This document shows, piece by piece, positions 59,801 through 64,000 of a stretch of DNA of 64,000 bases (its first letter is position 1; every line of letters starts with the position of its first letter). Under the pieces are notes generated by a model. It did no database searches, was not told the DNA's origin, and was given only the letters and a program-made list of their open reading frames with translations. The position numbers and the translations under genes are program-made. Source of the stretch: an uncultured virus (IMG/VR IMGVR_UViG_2522572172_000008) (taxonomy: Duplodnaviria; Heunggongvirae; Uroviricota; Caudoviricetes); the IMG/VR virus record IMGVR_UViG_2522572172_000008; one strand, given 5' to 3'.

Positions 59801-60997
59801 TTAATTTAACACTCGTGTTGCACTTGTTACTCCACTTGGATTCATTTTAGAGATTTTAATTACATCTCCTGTTTGTGGAGCGTGAATGTATTGACCATTA
59901 CCAATGTACATTGCTACGTGATGTGCAGGTTTGCCCCAGAAAATTAAATCCCCTGGTTGAACTTCACTTACAGGAATTTGTACACCTGCATTTTGTTGTT
60001 CTCTCGCAACCCTTGGTAATTTCACTCCTGCAACATTTTTAAAGATATATTGCATGTATCCAGAGCAGTCAAATCCAGAAGGTGTTGTTCCTCCCCATAC
60101 ATATGGAAGACCAAGGAATTTTTTTGCTTCAGCAATTACATTTTGAGCTTTATCTGTAGATACAGGAGCTGTTGGAACGGATACAGATACTGGAGCTTTT
60201 ACACCATCTGTATTCGATGTTTGAGCTTGTGCAGTAGCATTACGACTCCCTTGAATTCCTGCAATCACTGGCGGTTGTACTGTAATACGGAATTGATTTT
60301 GCTCTTGTGATTGATTTTGAGCATTTAATTCGACTTGTTTTTGAGCTTCTAACTGAGCTTGGCGATTTCGTTCTGCTTCTTCAGCTTTTTGTCTTTCAAT
60401 CTCAGCTTGACGAGCACGTTCCTCTTCTTCCGCTTTCAGCTTTTGAATTTCCACTACTACCTGTGCTTTGTTTTCTTCGAGCTTTTGTTTTTCCGTCTCT
60501 ACTTGCTCTTTACTCTCTTTTAATTTAACAGTCTCTTTATCTAAAACTTCTTTTTTCTCCTTTAAATCAGCCTCTTTTTCTTTTAGGGAACCCATCATAT
60601 CTGTATCAGCTTCTACAACCGTGTTGATGGCAGATACTTTGCTAATAAAGTCTGTAATTCCTTCAGAAGAAACAAGAGCATTCATATAACTAAATTTAGG
60701 AGCATTCTTTTCTTGAATTACACTTAATCTATTCTTAGAAATTCCTTTTGTACGTTCAAAGCTCTCCTGTGTTTTCGCTATATCTTCTTGTGCTTTTTCT
60801 ACTTTTTTCCCCGACTTTTCAATGTCTTTTGTTAACTTATCAAGCTTTGTCATGGATTCGATAATCTCATTATCCATTTTTTGAACTTTCGTTTCTGCTT
60901 CTTCAATCTCAGGACTCGCAAATACCTGTAATGTATTAAATGATAATGCAGTAGCTAACGTTGCTAAAGCAATAACCTTTTTACTTTTCTTTCTCAT
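59801..60997 (-). CDS. Secreted coiled-coil NlpC/P60 peptidoglycan endopeptidase (CwlO/PcsB-like)
   Basis: Signal peptide, coiled coil, PYVWGG..GFDCSG, HHVAMY, IHAP. Confidence 0.92.
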   Translation of the reverse strand: MRKKSKKVIALATLATALSFNTLQVFASPEIEEAETKVQKMDNEIIESMTKLDKLTKDIEKSGKKVEKAQEDIAKTQESFERTKGISKNRLSVIQEKNAPKFSYMNALVSSEGITDFISKVSAINTVVEADTDMMGSLKEKEADLKEKKEVLDKETVKLKESKEQVETEKQKLEENKAQVVVEIQKLKAEEEERARQAEIERQKAEEAERNRQAQLEAQKQVELNAQNQSQEQNQFRITVQPPVIAGIQGSRNATAQAQTSNTDGVKAPVSVSVPTAPVSTDKAQNVIAEAKKFLGLPYVWGGTTPSGFDCSGYMQYIFKNVAGVKLPRVAREQQNAGVQIPVSEVQPGDLIFWGKPAHHVAMYIGNGQYIHAPQTGDVIKISKMNPSGVTSATRVLN

Positions 60998-61047
60998 AAA
61001 CTATCATCTCCTTTTAATTTATATATATGTAATTTAAATTATTGTCA

Positions 61048-61061
61048 TTTACTATAGTTTA
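61048..61061. promoter_or_regulatory. Motif B
   Basis: tttactatagttta. Confidence 0.55.
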
Positions 61062-61204
61062 TGATATAAATTTTATTGACTAAAAACAACGAGATTATCG
61101 TTATGTAAACGACTCTTAACAGTCTGTAATGTTAGTGTAATGTTTCTGACAATTGATATTTTTATAGAAAAATAGCACCCTTTACAAAAAGAGTGCTACA
61201 TAAA

Positions 61205-61753
61205 CTATTGTTCTCGGAAATATTTCTCCCATTCTTTCATCTTTTCGAAAGACAATTTTCTTTCACCATCAATTGTGAATTTATCAATTCCTTTATCTTT
61301 AAAAACTTCAACAATGGGTTTCTTTCTATTGATAGTTTTGATTTGAATATCTGGGGTATCTAATTCTGTTCCTGTAATTAATTTTTTCGCATTCTCTTTT
61401 GTGGTAAACAAGAATGCGAGGTTTTCATAGTTTTTATAGACTGAGTTTTTTCTGTTAATTGTCACATATGTTCTGGTTCTTTTATCCCATAAGGAATAGA
61501 TACATGGTTCAAAAAAGAATAGGTTATAAAATTTGAAGTTTTCAGCTTTAATTTCATGCTTCGAAAATACATATTGTACCCTACCTTCTATTTCATTTAA
61601 TAACCTAACTCTAATTCCTTTTTTATTATTGGATTGAGAGAGGATTTCTTTTATGTACCCACGTTCTATTTCACCTTTGGACGTTTGAACCTCTACATAC
61701 AACCCGACAATTAAATTCTTTTTAACTGTAACATCAATATTCATGATTCTCAC
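61205..61753 (-). CDS. YwbE/DUF2196-like domain protein
   Basis: GYIKEILS...GIRVRL...GRVQ. Confidence 0.65.
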   Translation of the reverse strand: MRIMNIDVTVKKNLIVGLYVEVQTSKGEIERGYIKEILSQSNNKKGIRVRLLNEIEGRVQYVFSKHEIKAENFKFYNLFFFEPCIYSLWDKRTRTYVTINRKNSVYKNYENLAFLFTTKENAKKLITGTELDTPDIQIKTINRKKPIVEVFKDKGIDKFTIDGERKLSFEKMKEWEKYFREQ

Positions 61754-61817
61754 CTCACTTTTTAAAGAATTATATGCAAATCTTTATATTAAAAATATAT
61801 ATTTCTGTTCTACTGCT

Positions 61818-61849
61818 TATAATAAGTAGATTTGAAAGAACAGGTATTT
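61818..61849 (+). promoter_or_regulatory. Motif A promoter
   Basis: TATAAT 61818-61823, aagaacaggtattt. Confidence 0.7.
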
Positions 61850-61884
61850 CACAAGGAATCTATTATACAAGGAGTGTTTTTATA

Positions 61885-63234
61885 ATGAATACAAACGAAA
61901 CAAAGCAAATTTTATTGCAAGTTGCTCAAGAGATTAAAAATCATGGAGGTCGAACATTTTATGTTGGTGGTTATGTTCGAGATATGTTCATGAATAAGGA
62001 AAGTAAAGATATTGATGTAGAAATTTACGGTATTACACCTGAAACGTTACGAACTATCTTATCTCAGTTTGGATATGTAGATGAGTTCGGTGCTTTCTTC
62101 GGTATTTTAAAAATTTACGGAGTGGATATCGACTTCTCTATGCCCCGTAAAGAGGTAAAGACAGATGATGGCCATACAGGATTCGATGTTGTTGTAGACC
62201 CATTCTTGGACACCCTAACAGCCTCAAAACGCAGAGATTTTAGAATGAATGCTATTATGGTAGATGTGTTAACTGAGGAAGTAATTGACCACTTTAATGG
62301 TGTCTCTGACATTCAGTTAGGCATCATTCGTCACATTGATGAACATACATTTATTGAAGATGAATTAAGAGCATTTCGAGCTTGTCAATTCGCTTCAAGG
62401 TTCAACTTTACAATTGCAGAAGAAACAATTGATTTATGCAAGGGATTTCGATTCTCTCTTCCAAGAGAAAGAATTTTTGAAGAGTTTTTAAAAGCATTAA
62501 TGAAAAGCGAAAAACCTTCCATTTTCTTTTCATATATGAGAGAAATGCTTATTGTTAAAAAGTTGTTTCCTGAATTAGATGCATTAATTGATTGCCCTCA
62601 AAATCCTATCTTCCACCCTGAAGGTGATGTATGGACACATACAATGATGGTAATTGATGAATTAGCAAGCTTAAAGCATTTATCTTCAAATCCTCTTGCA
62701 TTTATGTTGTTGGGACCTACCCATGACATGGGAAAACCTATTACAACTGTTATTCAGGAAGATGGACAGATAACAGCTCGTGGACATGCTGAAGAAGGTG
62801 TACCTGTTGCGAAGCAATTTTTGAAGAGAATTACTAATGACAAACGATTAATTAAAAATGTTTTAAATATGGTAGAAAATCATATGAGACCAAACTCAAT
62901 TGCATTTGGTTCAGACAAGGCTGTTCGAAAATTAATGGTTGCTACTAACATCGAAGACATTGTGTTGTTCGGAGAAGCAGACCATAAAGGTAGAGGTATT
63001 TCTGAAGAAAAGAAAGATTACACAGAAGTAAAAGAATGGTTCCATCAAAAAATAGAAAAACTGCAAACGGTTGGAGAACAATCTACTATCTCCCCTCTTG
63101 TTTCAGGAAAAGATTTAATTGATGCAGGATTAAAACCTGGTAAAGAATTTAGCATTTTACTGAAAAAAGCATTTGATTTACAAATCGAAAATGGTTTATC
63201 GAAAGAAGAAATTCTTGAAAAAATATTATTATGA
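61885..63234 (+). CDS. cca: tRNA nucleotidyltransferase (CCA-adding/poly(A) polymerase family) with HD domain
   Basis: VGGYVRD, DID, RRDF, FIEDELR, ERIFEE, HPEGDVWTHT, HDMGK. Confidence 0.88.
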   Translation: MNTNETKQILLQVAQEIKNHGGRTFYVGGYVRDMFMNKESKDIDVEIYGITPETLRTILSQFGYVDEFGAFFGILKIYGVDIDFSMPRKEVKTDDGHTGFDVVVDPFLDTLTASKRRDFRMNAIMVDVLTEEVIDHFNGVSDIQLGIIRHIDEHTFIEDELRAFRACQFASRFNFTIAEETIDLCKGFRFSLPRERIFEEFLKALMKSEKPSIFFSYMREMLIVKKLFPELDALIDCPQNPIFHPEGDVWTHTMMVIDELASLKHLSSNPLAFMLLGPTHDMGKPITTVIQEDGQITARGHAEEGVPVAKQFLKRITNDKRLIKNVLNMVENHMRPNSIAFGSDKAVRKLMVATNIEDIVLFGEADHKGRGISEEKKDYTEVKEWFHQKIEKLQTVGEQSTISPLVSGKDLIDAGLKPGKEFSILLKKAFDLQIENGLSKEEILEKILL

Positions 63235-63367
63235 AAAAGACCTGTTCGGGTCTTTTTTTCTTGCTATTTACATGAGTGTTATTTATCCTTTATTGTTCTC
63301 GGTTTTAATTTATTATTTTTAAATACGGTACGTGAAATTTTAAAGTAATATAAAAAATATTTTTATC

Positions 63368-63402
63368 TATAATATATAGAATTTATAAAAAAACAGGTAT
63401 TG
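63368..63402 (+). promoter_or_regulatory. Motif A promoter
   Basis: TATAAT 63368-63373, ataaaaaaacaggtattg. Confidence 0.7.
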
Positions 63403-63436
63403 ATTTTATCAATTTAATTAGAGGAGATGTTTCAAT

Positions 63437-63838
63437 ATGTACGCAAAGATAATTCTAAAAACAGGTGAGTATCATTTCAAAACAGAATCACATTACAGAC
63501 CAGAAGAATTGGAAGCATTAATGCACAGAATAAACAATTGTTGGGAACAATTTAAAAAAGACAAAGAAATTTCCGATGTTTTTATCAGTAAGGTTAATAT
63601 AAAAGACAGATTCATCATTGAATACTTGGAGTGCTTCCAGAAATGGAAATTAACAGAAGCAGGAGATATTATTTCATTTGTTGACAATACTTCAAAAAAG
63701 AAAAGTTTTCATGTAAGTTTCATTTCGTTATGGCATTTAGGATTTTTCACTGTACCAAATAAAGATTTATTTAATACTCGTTGGGAATGCGACGTAAATG
63801 ACCGACAAGTTTCTCACAAAGGATATTCATATCTATAA
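63437..63838 (+). CDS. Hypothetical protein
   Basis: GAGGAG RBS. Confidence 0.7.
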   Translation: MYAKIILKTGEYHFKTESHYRPEELEALMHRINNCWEQFKKDKEISDVFISKVNIKDRFIIEYLECFQKWKLTEAGDIISFVDNTSKKKSFHVSFISLWHLGFFTVPNKDLFNTRWECDVNDRQVSHKGYSYL

Positions 63839-63884
63839 TAAAAATATAAAAAAGAGGTTACCTGATTTTTTCAGGAACCTCTTT

Positions 63885-64000
63885 TTAAATAACCTCGTTG
63901 TTATATGCTCTTGATGTACACTTTGGACAAATGTGTTCACTCCAACCTACTTTACTTGCTAATGTGATAGATAAAGCATTTTGACCGTAAAATTGTTTTG
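63885..64000 (-). CDS. 3' end of a gene running off the window
   Basis: ...WSEHICPKCTSRAYNNEVI*, next to bidirectional terminator. Confidence 0.5.
   Translation of the reverse strand, partial: KQFYGQNALSITLASKVGWSEHICPKCTSRAYNNEVI

Noticed and set aside
60050..60689. Several short + strand ORFs
   Set aside because: Antisense to the NlpC/P60 gene; the same applies to most other short overlapping ORFs in the track.
1..64000. CRISPR array, tRNA or rRNA genes, IS elements
   Set aside because: No regularly spaced repeats, cloverleaf signatures or transposase ORFs seen by eye. The recurring motifs are dispersed and tied to promoters.

Overview
Very AT-rich, gene-dense window, mostly on the minus strand, that looks like the accessory region of a large Bacillus (cereus-group-like) mobile replicon, either a megaplasmid or a jumbo phage/phage-plasmid. 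I saw no rRNA, tRNA, CRISPR array, IS element, virion genes or conjugation ATPase. Recognisable genes: Rap-Phr pair, two stand-alone HD (p)ppGpp-hydrolase-like proteins, RNase HI, ADP-ribosylglycohydrolase, a possible NADAR-like protein, a DarA_C-like protein, MazF/PemK module, a type I TA-like locus, SprT-like protein, two MjaI-like nucleases, XRE regulator, TerD, tyrosine recombinase, FtsH, a sortase lacking its catalytic residues, NERD, YccA/BI-1, CwlO-like NlpC/P60 and a CCA-adding/HD enzyme. Most striking unexplained structure: (1) about 15 highly diverged paralogous membrane-anchored proteins sharing a ~50-aa PepSY-like module in three clusters at 27.4-41.4 kb; (2) two largely mutually exclusive promoter motifs recurring across the window, AAAACAGGTATT a fixed 16-20 bp downstream of a -10 box, and the palindrome TTGACTATAGTCAA overlapping a -35 box; (3) a ~200-nt candidate pseudoknotted ncRNA at 23.5-23.7 kb; (4) a 47-49 kb control region with a doubly LexA-boxed promoter, a recombinase-type palindrome and 11-bp repeats. 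Family calls come from motif recognition by eye, not database searches. Some start codons were moved from the ORF track to fit RBS positions.
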